This document shows, piece by piece, positions 10,421 through 23,200 of a stretch of DNA of 60,000 bases. Location: the NCBI GenBank assembly GCA_013239625.1, contig MU054338.1, positions 684,001 to 744,000 of the forward strand, given 5' to 3'. A program made the position numbers and the translations under genes. Each line of letters starts with the position of its first letter. Position 1 is the stretch's first letter. The notes beneath the pieces were generated by a model. The model worked only from the letters and a program-made list of their open reading frames with translations, made no database searches and had not been told where the DNA came from. This stretch comes from Lama guanicoe (taxonomy: Eukaryota).

Positions 10421-12305
10421 GTGAGTGCGGGCGGGCGGGCCGGGCCGTCCCTGCGCCCACGCTGCCTCCGGCTCGGCGCCCAGCCCTGCGCCGGGTCTCC
10501 CTGTCCTGCCCTCGAGCCCTCCTGCGACCTCTGTCCCTGGATCGGCCCCTGGGCCTCGGGGCTGCGGGAGCAGTGGCCCCACCATCAGCCTGTCCCATGC
10601 TGAGACCAGGGGTGCTCCCCAACCCGGCAATGAGCTGGGGAGCAGGCCTGCGGAGTCTGGCGAGGGAGGGGTGAAGGCCGGCCAACCCTGGACCGCTGGG
10701 ATCTCCCCACCTCCCCGCAGCCCGCCCACCGGCCCCCAGATTCCCTGCGGACTGTCAAGGCTACTTTTTCAGGTTGGCTGGTGACTGCTCAGGACACTGG
10801 GCCTGCATGCCCAGCTGGGGTCCTGGGGCTGGGTAGGCTGCCCCCAACCCCTGCTGGGCCCCAAAGGGCCCCTTTCCTCTCCTGATCAAGTGCCAAGGCA
10901 GGGTCTGGGGAGGCAGCTGAGTCAGGCCTGGGTTTGGGTTCCTGCTCTGCAGGGCCTCTGCAGAGACAGGCTATCCACTGTCTCTGGGAACCTGCGTCAG
11001 GAATATGGGGTCCCAGAATTGCCCCTGCCGAGATGGGGGTATCAGGGCGCCCACCTTGGCATCGGACTCATGCCGCCCCTGAGGCCCTGAGACAGATGGA
11101 CTGGGGGAGTCCCTGCTTCTCAGCCTCCTGGGGGCTGATGGGGAGCAGGTGGGGAGTGAGGGTCTGTGCCCCGGGACTTCAGGATGGGGCCAGCACCTTG
11201 CCGTCCCGGCTCCCACTGAGTCAAATTAAACTCCACAAGGCTCCATTTCCTCCTTTCTCTGCTCTATTTGGATTTTTTCTTTTTAATTCAAGGAAGGAGG
11301 GGTTGGGGGAGGGGAAGGAGGTGTTTAAATTAAGTCCCCGTAATATAAGAAAAATTACATTTTTCTTTCTGAGACGAGAGTTTCATAAAGATAATTATTG
11401 TAATTATTCGTCCTATCTCTGTGACGAATGTTATTTTTATTACGTGCTTTTTAATCTTCATCTCCCAGCGTGAGGGGCTTCTAGGGGGCGGGCAGAGGTG
11501 ATGGCCGCAGAGAGGACGGGCGGGGACAGGCCCAGCCGCATCCTTGTGGGGGCCCACGCCTGTTGAGCGCATGAACCCCACCGCCCGCTGGGCCTCAGGC
11601 TTCCCACCCTGGCCAGTCCTGGTCCCCAAACCCCTGCCTCCTGAGTCCTCAGTGATGCTCTGGTACCACTGCCGTGCCCCTCCGTGTGCTTGCCAAGTGG
11701 GTTAGGGAGCAGGGAGCCGACGGTGGAATTTTTAGGCATGAGGACCCAATGTGCTTCAGCTTCCATGTGACCCCGGGCGGTGTGGGTCACGGTCGGGGTG
11801 AGGTAGGAATGCTGCCTCCTTCCCCAGGGTAACTGGGCTCCCATCACCCCCCAGATGGAAATATTCATTTCCAAAACACCTCCTGTGGGCCAGTTGAGGC
11901 CCGGATAGGGGATTACATGCTAACAAGCAGCCTGAGAGCAGGGATTTATCCTGAGTCAGTCATTCGGTTACACTGATTCTTTGCTGATTGAAAACAAACC
12001 TATTTTTATTCACGTTTGAACCGTGCCTTAAGCTGCCCTGGGGTGAGCTAGAGCCAGACACAGACACCCACCTGCCACCTCCCCATCTCTGGGGTTAGCA
12101 TTCAGCAAAGGGAGTGTGCAAGAGGACTTCTGGGAAGTCATGGGCATTGTGTCTGGGGCTGTGATGTATGATTAGGAGTTTTATGGTAGATTCCCTGATC
12201 TGGGGTCAGGGTTGGTTCATGGGCATGGGGAAGGGGATGCAGCTCCAGGAGGTCTCAGTTACCGAGAGCCCCCTGCCCCACTAACCCCCAACCCCTCTCT
12301 TCTAG

Positions 12306-12371
12306 CTGCCACGCCACCCAATGCAGTGGACCGGCCCTGCCTGCGGCTGAAGGTTTATGTTCGGCCAACCA
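12306..12371 (+). CDS. EFNA2: Ephrin-A2 coding exon 3
   Basis: Pyrimidine tract plus TAG| acceptor; encodes (S)ATPPNAVDRPCLRLKVYVRPT; donor A|GTAAGT; 66 nt. Confidence 0.97.
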
Positions 12372-12783
12372 GTAAGTATCTGGGGGGGTCATGTAGGTTC
12401 CAGGCCCCCACTCTTGGGTTCTCAACTCAATGAATCCACTGAGCAGTCAGCAGAGTCAGGGGGTGGTCACAGCCTAGGCTGGGGAGTCCCACAACCTCCA
12501 CAGTGGGCAGAGCAGGCCCTGCCCAAGCCTCTGTTTTCCCATCTGCAAATGGGAGTGTTTCAGACCTCCAAGAGTGAAGGTTGAACCCCACACCGGGCTC
12601 ACATTTACTAGGTGCCTGCTGTTTGCCAGGCTCTGTGCTGGGGGCACAGCTCTAGCCCGCGTGGACAGAGATCTCTGTGCCCCGAGGTGTGGAGGGGCGA
12701 GACGCTTTACGAGGCCAGGTCCCAATAAGGCCTGGGGAGCAGGGGGGCGGGGCTGCCCAACGCCCTGTCTCCTGTCCCCCCAG

Positions 12784-12905
12784 ACGAGACGCTGTACGAA
12801 GCCCCAGAGCCTATCTTCACCAGCAACAACTCGTGCAGCGGCCTGCACAGCTGCCGGCTGTTTCTCAGCACCATCCCCATGCTGTGGGCCCTCCTGGGCT
12901 CCTAG
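12784..12905 (+). CDS. EFNA2: Ephrin-A2 coding exon 4 (GPI-anchor signal, stop)
   Basis: Acceptor CCCCAG|; encodes (N)ETLYEAPEPIFTSNNSCSGLHSCRLFLSTIPMLWALLGS then TAG at 12903-12905; spliced CDS is 645 nt. Confidence 0.97.
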
Positions 12906-14195
12906 TCCCCGACCCACCAACTGACCGGGACGCCGGCCCCAGCTGGATGGCTCACCTCCGAGACCAAATAGAGACGCCGCTTCTCCCCCGGCCGGTGCTG
13001 CTCCGTGGGGCAGGGGCTGCCCGCCCACCCCAGGGCTGGCCAGGGTGGTGGCAGCCCCGGCCCCCCCCGCCCCCGGGGCCAGCTGGCCTCTCAGCCCCTG
13101 GCCTGGCCGCCTTGTCTGAGGGCCCTGGAGAACCCGGGAACCTCTTGGCGATGTTGGGTGGTTTGTTTTCTTGTTTGTTGGTTTGGTTTATTTTTTCAGT
13201 GTATTTTTCATGGTTGGATCAGAAAAACTTGAGTTTTTTATTTAATTTATTCCTTGCTGTCACCGGTGACTTTGGGAAGAAAACAGAATGGATGGGGCAG
13301 GGGTTCCTGGACCCCTGGGGGAGGGGGATCGGGAAACCCCGAATCTGGTCAATCCATTTGTTGAGTTCTGGCTGACGTGGACCCCCAGGTGCCGCGGGAC
13401 AGGCTGGCCTGAGGCAGAAGGGGTGGCGGTGAGTGCCCCCTCCCCACTGATTCGGGCCCAGGGGCTCCCAGCCCGCCCTCCTCCCTTCGGCGCTGGCTCT
13501 CAGAGTGCAAAACCAGAGGCCCTGTGGAGCCTCGGCCCCCTCAGAACCACAGCCTCCCAGCCTCCTAGACACACAGGCCCCACCCGTCCCCCAGCCTCGC
13601 TCGATGGCCCCCGAAGCCGAGAAGACATTACATTTGTGTAAATAGAGCCAGCAAGTATATACTGTGATTTATTTTTACTGTATTCCTGAGGATGGACTGG
13701 AATGTTTCTTTTTTCCTCACCCCTTTATGGGGAGAGGGGCTTTTATTTTGGCGGGGGGGTGGGGTGGACTTTTTAGAGTAGAAGCTGCACTTCGCAATAA
13801 GCTCCTTTGTCTGTCAGACCCCCTTCCCTCGACTCTATGACTAATAATAATGTTTGTAAGAAAAGGGAAAACAGGACAGAACAAAACGGGGAGGGGGGAC
13901 ATCACCACCAAAAAAAACACCCCTCCCAAAGACACTTCAATGAAGTAAACAGCGCATTTATACAGATTTCATATTTCTACCCGCCTTTCCTGACCTGTGT
14001 TTTATATATATTATATATAAATATATATCGTGCGTGGCCGCCGGGAGACGGCTCAGGCACGCCGGTGGGGAGCTTTTGTAGGGGGTGGGCGGGCAGCGTG
14101 GCCACGCCTGGAGCTGGCGACGAGTCCTCCCCCTCTCCGTCACAATCAACTTTGGATTCTGTATTTTTTTATAATAAAATGAGTGTAAACGTCAA
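12906..14195 (+). other. EFNA2: EFNA2 3' UTR (about 1.3 kb)
   Basis: Runs from the stop codon to the polyA signal, with U-rich and AU-rich blocks; the 3' end is approximate. Confidence 0.8.
14173..14178 (+). terminator. EFNA2: Polyadenylation signal AATAAA of EFNA2
   Basis: AATAAA with upstream TGTA and T-run, and a downstream GT-rich element (GTGTGTTTG at about 14202-14210). Confidence 0.85.
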
Positions 14196-15199
14196 GGCTG
14201 CGTGTGTTTGGGGCTACCGGTCGTGCTGGAAGGATGCTTTGTGCTAATCGTCTGGAGTCGGGTCTGGACTCTGCTGGGAGGGGTGTCTTTGGTTCTGTGC
14301 ATCTTTGGAAGCTGGACACCGGAATGAGAATTTTAGGGGGGGTTGTACCCTTCATCGCCACCCTGGGGGATGGGACCAAGCCCCTGCGCCCTAGGGCAAA
14401 AGGGAGGATGGAGGGAAGAGGGAGACTGGCTGTGAGCATGCAGCAGGGCTTACTAAGTAAGCATTATTCACCCAGCGCACCTGAGCACGTCGGAATCCCT
14501 GGACCCCAGGGCCAAAGCCTCCTGTACCCTTAGCCATGCTCGGTGGGGGGGAATCTGAGGGGGTGGTCTTCAGGTCCTAGGATGACTCTTATGGTCCAAA
14601 TTCTGTGACTTCTTGGTCTCCAAGCTCTGCTGTAGTATGACTCAGTTTCCCCAGATGCTCCAGGCCAGTGTAGGGGTCTGTCGTCTCTAATCCTCTCCTG
14701 GCTTTACCAAAAAGCCATGTGTCACAGGGTTCTGAGGTTCCAGGGGCCTTCACCCCAGCCTAGCCCCAGAGGGGGCTGAGGGACTGGGGCCTGGGGGCTG
14801 GTCCTCGCCTTGGTGCCACCTGCCAGGATCGCAGTGTCCCCGCCACGATGAGCAGAGAGGGAAGGCTCTCTGCTAATCAATCCGGCCGTGCTGGGTCCGG
14901 AGACGGGGGCTGCCTCTTAATGAGGCCAGCAAGCGGCACAAAGACCCCTGTGTGCGCCCCGCCTGCCCTGCCCAGCGGCTGGGGACGGAGGCGGGGCGCC
15001 GTTCTGAGCACCACGGACAGGGAGATGAGGGATGCCCCCTCCACGGCGAGGGCCCCAAGGCTCAGAGAGGCAGGAGGCCTCCCGGTGCCTGCTCTCCCTG
15101 AGACCCCTCACCCCAACACTCCAACCTGCCCACGGGGACGGAGGGAACTGGAAGGGTCATGGGGCAGAATCTTAGCAGCTAACTTTGATTTTTGTTATT

Positions 15200-15640
15200 T
15201 AAAAAAAATACTTATTGAGATATAATTCACCTACTACACAATCTATCCATTTAAAATACAATTCCACATTTTTTATATATTCACAGGGTTGTACAACCAT
15301 CACCACTATCTAATTCCAGAACATTCTCATCACCCCAGAAAGAAGCCTGGGCCCCATTAGCTGTCACCCCAGCCCCCACTCCCAGCCCTTGACCAGGAAC
15401 CCCCTCCCTGTGTCTGGGGACTGGCCTGTTCCGGATGTTTCACATCCATGGACTCACACACTGTGTGTCCTTCTGTGTCTGCGTCTCTCACTGAGCATCA
15501 TGCTCTCAGAGTCCGTCCACGGAGTAGTGGGTGTCAGTGCTGCTCTCCTGTTCACGGCTGAATAATATTCCAATATGTGGATTGATAACATTTTGTTTAT
15601 CCATCACCAGTTTATGGACATTTGGGTTGTTTCCTTTTAA
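15200..15640 (-). mobile_element. Ancient L1M (L1MB-like) 3' end relic, copy A
   Basis: TTGAGATATAATTCAC...TTGTACAACCATCACCACTATCTAATTCCAGAACATT...GGACATTTGGGTTGTTTCC. Confidence 0.8.
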
Positions 15641-15697
15641 GTATTTTGAGGATTGTATTATTTTTGAGACAATGTTTTAACAGAAAGGTGACCTTGA

Positions 15698-15835
15698 GGG
15701 GAGGGTATAGCTCATTTGGTAGACCACATGCTTAGCATGGATGAGGTCCTGGGTTCGATCCCCATTACCTCCTCCAAAAAATAAATAAATAAGTAAACCT
15801 AATTACCCCCTACAAATAAACAAAATAAAAAAAAA
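15698..15835 (+). mobile_element. tRNA-Ala-derived SINE (Vic-1-like) with perfect 15-bp TSD
   Basis: GGGGAGGGTATAGCTCA...GGTTCGATCCCC plus A-rich tail; AGAAAGGTGACCTTG at 15682-15696 and 15836-15850. Confidence 0.93.
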
Positions 15836-18800
15836 AGAAAGGTGACCTTGGATGGGTAAGTACCAAAAAACTCTGTTCCCACCTTGGAGCCTTTGCACGT
15901 GCTGTGCCCCTTGCCTGCTCTGCTCTTTCTGTAGATCACTGCTTGGCTCTCTCTCTCTGCCCCTTCAGATTGGTCAGTTGTCCCCTCTCTGCCTCCCTGG
16001 CAAAGTGCCCTCCCCACGCCTCTTGCTGTCAGATTCTTTACTTGTCCATCTTCTCCACAGGCTGGGAGTCCCCAGAGGGCAGGGGGACTGGCCCACAGTC
16101 AGGAGTCTCTCCGCAGACTTGTCATCTGCCACACACACAGACACACGTGCACACGTGCAGAGGAGCCACCCAGCCGCACCCAGCTCTGCACACCCCTGTA
16201 CTGACGGATGCCTGTGTATGGGGCCTGGGTCTCTCAGGAACTACCCTGTCCAGCGCCAGCCACCGGTCGCAGCCGTGGGGGCCACTGCCAATGTGCAGAG
16301 TGGCCACTCACTCCCGGGGCTGCAGTGTGTGTGGCGGGGTCCCGCAGGGCGACCATCAGTATGTGGGTCCCACGCATACCTGGAGGCTCTGGAGTGAAGT
16401 GATTTCCCTTCCGCAGCCCTGCTACTAGCCGGGGGTTGGGGTTCGGGGGAGCCTGAGGGTCCCCCACCCCCAAATCCTGACAGTTGCTCTCAGGCGGAGC
16501 CAGGCCTCCCCAGTCGGGAACTCTTCAGATTCATGGCCATCTCGGTCTGGTGGATTCAATGCCCATGGTCACTGGAGGGCACCCCACAGCCCTTCCCCTC
16601 TGGGCCCTGGGTCCCCCGTCCGTGTCTCTGAGGAAAAGCCCCTGGCCCTGCACTTGGGTCCTGCCCCGTGACCACGACGGAGGGGCTGATGCCTCGCCCT
16701 CTGGACTGATGCGTCAAGTCCCTTGGCTACGGCCACAGAGCAGGTCAGGTCAGAGCCCCCACAGCTCCCCCAGGTCGCTCGGAGGAAAGGCCGCAGTCCC
16801 AGGACTGCAGGGCTCACGTCGCTTCTCCAGCGTCTCCACCTGGTCCTCCCTCCTGACACCTGCTCCCTGGGGGACAGTCCGACACTCTGGGGTGCTCCTG
16901 TCCACAACTCCCACGTCTCCCGTGTCAGTATCAGCTCCCCCAGCACGCACTCGGTGAGCGCCTACTGTGTGCAGTCACTGCTGGGCCCTCCCCTGGTCTG
17001 TGGTGTTGGAGAGAGGACAGTGGGGCCTGCCCCCGTGGCTCCAGGGCCCCATATTTAAGGGGCTTATGGGTCATGGGAGGAGGCTGTGGTGTTGGGGACC
17101 CTGGTCCAGGTTGCAGGTGGCTGGGTGGCCACTGATGGACAAATAAAAAGTTAGTTCACATCCAGGGAGCCCTTGAGGAGCCATAAATCACCGCAAGATG
17201 ACACACAAGCCGGAAATTAAGTGGCTGCAGCCGGGCTGGTGTGGCCGGTGGGGCTGAGATGGCCAGGGTGAGGCCAGGAGCCCTCCCACCCTCAGTTTTC
17301 CCTCTGGAGCTGCTAGCAGTGGTCATGATTGGAACAATACTTGTGGTGATCAGGGCTGGTGCTGGTGTGGACAGGGAGTGGGGCTCAAACCCTGGGCACA
17401 GAGCAGGTGGCAGCAGAGACCAGACTGATGGGCGATTCAGGCATTTCCTTACCCCGTCTTCATGGAGGTGGGAAGGGAGAGGACAGGGGCAAAGGAGGTG
17501 GGCAGGGGGAGCCAGGGGAGGCTTTGGGGCAGGACGGGAGGCCAGGGAGGAGGAGGGGACTCTGGGGGGGCACTGCTGAGCCTGAGGACCCCGGATTCCC
17601 CGTGGGGAGGTGTCCAGGAGGCCGCTGACCCTTCAGTGCCTCTCCTCTCCGCACTGTTGCCTGATGGAGCAGAAACCCCACCCCATCCATCCTCTCCACA
17701 CTTACAGGCTTACTTATGGGAGCAAGGAATCTGGGGGTTGCCCACACCATGGTTGAGGCAGGGATGTCCTGGGCGAGACCCCTCCCTCTCAGGCCAGAGA
17801 GAGAGGCTCTCCCAGGGAGCTCCCACCCTAAAGCCCTTGACCCGCCCCATTGATCCGGAAATGGAGGTTGAGGCCCAGAGGCAATCGATGAACCCTAATG
17901 GACAGTGCAGTCCCAGGGGAACGGTGGGCACTGAATGGTGGAGAAGACCTATCGTGTGCAGATGGGGAAACTGAAGCCCCACAGGTCGATGAGAGTGAAT
18001 CCAGAGTGAACCCCTGGCCTCCATGGCATCAGCAGTTTGATGTGAACTGGATCTAGGAAGCAGGGCATGGAGGAGACCTGGGTTTCCCCACAGCAGCCCA
18101 GGGTGGGAGCCTGGGTGGAGGACTGGTCCCTCATGCCCACCCTCCAGGAAACACCAGTTCACCCACCAGGCTATGGTATGGCCACGGAGGGGTGTCCTCC
18201 ACACAGCTCTGATGCACCGGCTCACTTGGGGGAGGAGCTCCGCTGTGGGCCAGCGTTCAGGTGCTTCCACCAGGCTGTGCGCCTCCCTCCGTGGGCCTGG
18301 GGGTGGGAGGGTCCCGTCAGGATCCCATCCCCTGCCCCTCAGCTCCTGCAGCAAGGTTGCTTGGATGGCTGGCAGAGAGGCCGAGGGAGGTGGCGGGGGG
18401 TTATTGTCTATGTTGCCCCAGGAGCCCCTCACCTGCAAAGCCCGACTCCCCGCGGCTTCCATGATTTATTTACTTTATCTGCTGATCCCTTCCAAGGTTG
18501 CCAATGTTAACGAGAGGGAAACTGAGGCAGGAATCAGTTTTCCCAGCGCAGTCGGGGTCCTGGGGGAGGAAAAGGAGACGAGAGGTGGTGGTTGGACACT
18601 GAGGACCCTCGGGTGGGGGCAGGGGCGGGCTAGAGAGCCAGCCGCCTACCTCAAACCCGTTTGCAGTTTTAAGTGCTTAAAAGCCTCTTGCGGCCGCTGG
18701 GACCCGCCAGTGGGCGGGCGGGGGAAGGGCAGCAAAGGCTGTAGGGGCGCCGACACCTGAAAAGGCTTTGACCCAGAGATCGGCAAGGCGTCCGGGACAT

Positions 18801-20043
18801 ATTTGCGCCCCCCCACCCCACGCCAAGGTCCTGGGTCCCGCACCCTTTCCCTTGCTCAAGCCCCTGCGACCCAGGCCCCTCCCCAGCCCGCGATGCAGGT
18901 CCCTGCGCTCCTTCCCTCGTGAAAGGGTGTATTCTCACCCTTGAAGGTCCAGCCCCGCTCTGGGCCTCAGTTTCCCCGTTTACAAAGTGGGGGCTTGAGC
19001 ACTGGCTTCTGGGGGGCTGGAGGGCAGTCCCAGTTTGACAGCTTTGGCTAAGCTGCCTTCTTCTCTGGGAATTCCGTTTCCCCAGTCGTATGATGTGATG
19101 CCAGGCCTCGGTCTCAGTCTCCACGCAGTCTCTGTCTCCACTGGGACCCCCAGGGGAGGGGGCGTTTTCCTTTCTGGGCCTCAGTTTAGCCCTCTGTGAG
19201 CAGGTGAGACCCAGCTGAGACCCATTTTACAGATAATACGCTGAGGCCAGAGGAGAGGCGGCCAGCCCCAGGCCCCACGGCTGGGAACCCACGGTCATGC
19301 CAGAGCTGCCCAGGTCCACCGGGGATGGATGGAGAGGGGGGCGGCCTGACCACTCCCACTCTGGCCGGTCGGGAGGAGCCAGGCCTCCGGCCCCAGCAGC
19401 CAGGCCAGTGGCGCAGGCCAGTCCCAAGTCTTTATTCTGGGCCATACCGTCCGCAGCAGTTTCGGAGGAGCGGGCGCTCTTGGAGGGGGCTCCTGAGCAG
19501 GCGGGGTGCGGTGGCTCGACCGTCCTTGCAGGTTCTCCTTAAGCAGCAAGACTTAGAGCCTGCTATTACCTTGCCATGAGGGGCACCCCGAAAGGGCCCT
19601 CCCTCCGCAGGACCCGCTCAGCGCCAGCTGGCCCTGGCAGGGGACAGGTTCCAGCCCGCCCTGTGCCTGTGCCTCCCCACCACCCGCTGGGCCCGCCAGA
19701 GTTATGGTTTGCAATATCCCGCTCCCCTGTGAGCCACAGTGTTAATGACGCAACACAGCCCCAGTCCCGGCACACCCCAGGTCTTTTATTAGCATCATTT
19801 GCCATGCCTGCAGTCCGGACTGTGGTTCTAGCCGCCCTGTGGCTAGGAGGGGAAACTGAGGCACAGAGAAGTTAGTTGCCCCGTTGGGCTGAGGGCACAG
19901 CTGCAGGCGTGGAACAGACCTGGGTTCAGCACTGCCTCCACCACTCACCTCGGAGGAGTCCCCGCTGTTCTCAGAGCCTCAGTTTGCTCATCCAGAAAAT
20001 GGAGCTATAGTGTCACACGGTGGGGGCTCAGCCTGAGGGTTCT

Positions 20044-20231
20044 TTTTGAATTTATTTTTAAATTTCCTTTTTCACTTTTTACTTTTATGTATTTATTTTT
20101 TAAGCAGTCTTTTTTGGGGGGAAGGTAATTAGGTTTTTATTTAATTTATTTTTAATGGAGGTCCTGAGGATGGAACCCAGGGCCCCCTGCATGCTAAGCA
20201 TGCGCTCTACCACTGAGCTACACCCTCTCCC
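20044..20231 (-). mobile_element. tRNA-Ala-derived SINE (Vic-1-like)
   Basis: GCATGCTAAGCATGCGCTCTACCACTGAGCTA core, GGTAATTAGGTTT tail, degenerate TSD gcctgagggttct / gcctgggggctct. Confidence 0.9.
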
Positions 20232-23200
20232 AGGCCTGGGGGCTCTTGATGGCCTGAGTTGTGGGCCCCACGAGGGCAGGGCCTTTGGTTCTCCCCCTGC
20301 CCCCGTGGCCCCAGTGTCCAGCACATTATCAGCCAATCCTCAGAGATGTTTTCTGAGTGACTAAATAAATGTTTTGTGTATGGACTCCAGACAAAGTGTT
20401 CCTGCTCACCAACAGGGGGAGGCTGGAGGTGCTGGCCTCCCTCTCCGTGTCCACTCCTCAGGACGAGCTGGGTGTGGGGAGGCGGTGAGGAACAGCCTCT
20501 CTCAGGTGGGGTCGCTGCGGGGGCGCTGCAGGAGCCAGCCGTGCTGGCCGGCAGATCTTCAAATTAAAATACATATATACACCAGATAAATAAACCCAGC
20601 CCACATCTTGGTGACAGGCAGAATTAAGTTGCCCTGTTGGGGACCCAGCAGCAGTGGCTGGGGGCTGGGGGGTGGGGGGCAAGCATCACTGGCTGTCACC
20701 CCTCCACTGCCCCCCATTCTATTGGCAAACATTCCTGCACCCCTGGAGCCTGCCAGGGACCCTGGGGGTGTCCAGGGGACTTTAGGGGGTCAGAGGGTGA
20801 GATCTGGGTCCAAGAAGTGAATCCTGAGCCACAGGATGGGAGCCCAGGACTTAGTCCTACAGGCCCAAATTTGCAACACCCGCTTCTTGGCTGGGTGCCC
20901 CCGGTGAGTCATGTAACCCCATCCAAAACGGGGAGACTCCCCCACCAGCTGTGGTAGCACTGGGCGTGGGGCTGGGACAGATCATGATTCAGTCCTGGCT
21001 CAGCCCCTCACTGATTGGGGTGGTAGCAGACCTCCCTTGTGAGGTCCTGGAAGACCCCGTCAAGTTGGACGCCGGGGTGACCCCGTCTGAGCACACAGGG
21101 AGGTCCCCCTGGGGCCCACACAGCTGTGGGGTGCTCCCTGGCCCTGTTCCGCTGCCTGAGCTCGGCCCAGAGGGGCAGAGGGGGCGGGAGGGGAGTTTTC
21201 AATTAAAGAGCAGCTAATCACCCAGTGAGGGCTGTTCTGGGGCCCAGTAAATCTATTATGAAAAGCCTCTAAATGTATGTAAAACCGGCCTCCGACAATC
21301 CCCGGATTAGGCTGCTGGGAGGGGAAACCGAGGCGCAGGCTGGCTGGTGGATTATTGGAATGAGGCCCCTGGAGGCCTGGCGGGGAGTGGCCTGGGGGGC
21401 GGGCAGAGGCAGCGAGCAGAAGCAGAAGCCAGCCCCCAATCTCAGCGAGGGAGACTGAGGCCCTGATAGGCCCGGACCCTGCGTGAAGGGAGCCCTCTCA
21501 GTTACCCGCTGGAGGGTGCGCCCCAGGGGACTCAGCACAAGCACAGTCCCCGCTGGGAATGGGAGGCGCGGTCTTTGTCCTGACCCAGCCGCCCGGGGAG
21601 GGGGTGGGGCGCAGGGTCCCAGGCTGCGCCTTCAAGGGCCCTGGCACCCGGGCCTCTTTAAGAGGCTCCTATTCCATTGTGCCTTCTGAATGTCTTTATT
21701 GAGCACCTACTGTTTGCCAAGCCCAGCGCTGAGGCCAAAGACTGAACAGGAGGGAGGGAGCCCGGCCCGTGCAGGTGGGAGATAAAAGCCGGCAGGGACA
21801 GGGGTGAGGGGAGGCGCTCCAGGTGGAAGGAGTGAAGGCTGGGGTTGGAACCTGGGGGGGCGGGGCCCAAGGCTGGGCAGGGAGGAGAGGTGCCAGAAAG
21901 GGATGTCACCTGTCCTCCTGAGGGTGACAGGGAGCCCCACGAGGGTTTTCAGCCCAAATGAAACCCAGCATCTGCTGCAGGAACCCTGACCCCCAAAGGC
22001 CACCTCCCTCTGGGGCTCAGGCTCCCCTCTTGGCCTCCACAGTCCCACAGACCCCATCCCACCCTTCTGGCCTATGAGGCTGCTAGTTATCGCACCACTG
22101 GGCCTTTGCTCCAGCTGTTTCCGCCTCCCAGGATCCGTCTCCTCCTGCAGAAACCCTGCCAGGCACCCAGGTGAAGGCAGAGAAGAGAGGAGGCATGCCC
22201 TGCAGAGCGGCCCTGAGCAGGGAGACCGAGGCACGGGGCAGGAGACCATTTCTGTGGGCCTCACAGCAGCTGGTGGGGCCTTCCTGGGGTCCTGGCCTGG
22301 CTCCGGTCCAGCCACCTGTGTGTACCTGCTGCCCGGGCGCTGTGGAATGAACAGGAGGTGAGTGATTCCCGTGACTCAGCTGGGACTGGGCCCCCACGTG
22401 CCTCCAGGTCACAGGTGAAGCTGCTTGGCCACTTGGGGCCAGGAGCTCCTGGTGTGGCCAGCCCCCAGGGTCTGGGCCCCAGTGGGCTGTGGGCCCCCCT
22501 GTGTGGTGTGAGAGGCTGCGAGTGCCTCCCCGTGACTCAGTTTCCCCATGTCGTCATCAGCGATGGCTGGAGGATTTTCCCAGCTCTGGTGGGTGCTGGG
22601 GGGCTCCAGGCAGCCCCACACTGGTCCGGCCGTCAGTCAGGCCCATGGGGCCCCTTCAAGGCGTCACGGCCCAGCAGCGGTCGCGGGAGGGATTATACCG
22701 GCCTGTCCAGGATGGACTCAAGTGGAACCGACGCTGACGAGCGGAACGCGCCCCCGCAGGCCCAGCCCGCCCGCCTTTGTCCGCCACCGGCCCCCTGCCC
22801 GCTCGCCGTCACGGACACCGCCTCCACTGCCGTACCGCGCAGCCCCCACCCAGGCCCTCAGCCAGGGCCCCTGCCAGGCTGAGGCCGGCACAGAACACCA
22901 GGGCACCCTAAGCAGAGTGGCTTCCTGGCCCAGCAGTAGTTCCTCTCCCGGCCTCAGCTTCCCCGTCTGCAGCATGGGTGCGCCTGCCGGGGCTGTCCGT
23001 GGGTTATCTGAGGGTTGAGTAGGGGCTGCGCGGGCAGAGGTGGCTGGGGGACAGGCACCCTCCCCGAGCCGCCACCGTTTTCCCAGGGATGCTCGGCCCG
23101 GCCCTCTGCCCGGTCCCACCACCGAGCCTTTGTCCAGGAAATTCGAGGTGGCAGGGAGAACGGATCCGCTTGTGGCCTGAAAGGAACCGACGCAAATGCT

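Noticed and set aside
10045..10674. 209-aa ORF read as a single-exon ephrin
   Set aside because: Only 10107-10420 is ephrin sequence and it is bounded by canonical splice sites; the rest is intronic read-through
13787..13792. GCACTT as a miR-17 family site
   Set aside because: Followed by C, so it is not the full GCACTTT seed match
15698..15775. Apparent tRNA-Ala genes (also near 6200, 20155, 43355, 49985 and 51045)
   Set aside because: They have A-rich tails, TSDs at most copies and disrupted stems, so they are SINEs rather than tRNA genes
17049..17060. CCATATTTAAGG as a CArG box
   Set aside because: Eight A/T bases between CC and GG rather than the six required
22990..23012. RE1 right half-site (reverse strand CCACGGACAGC)
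   Set aside because: The left half (TCAGCACC) is not matched, so it is too weak to call
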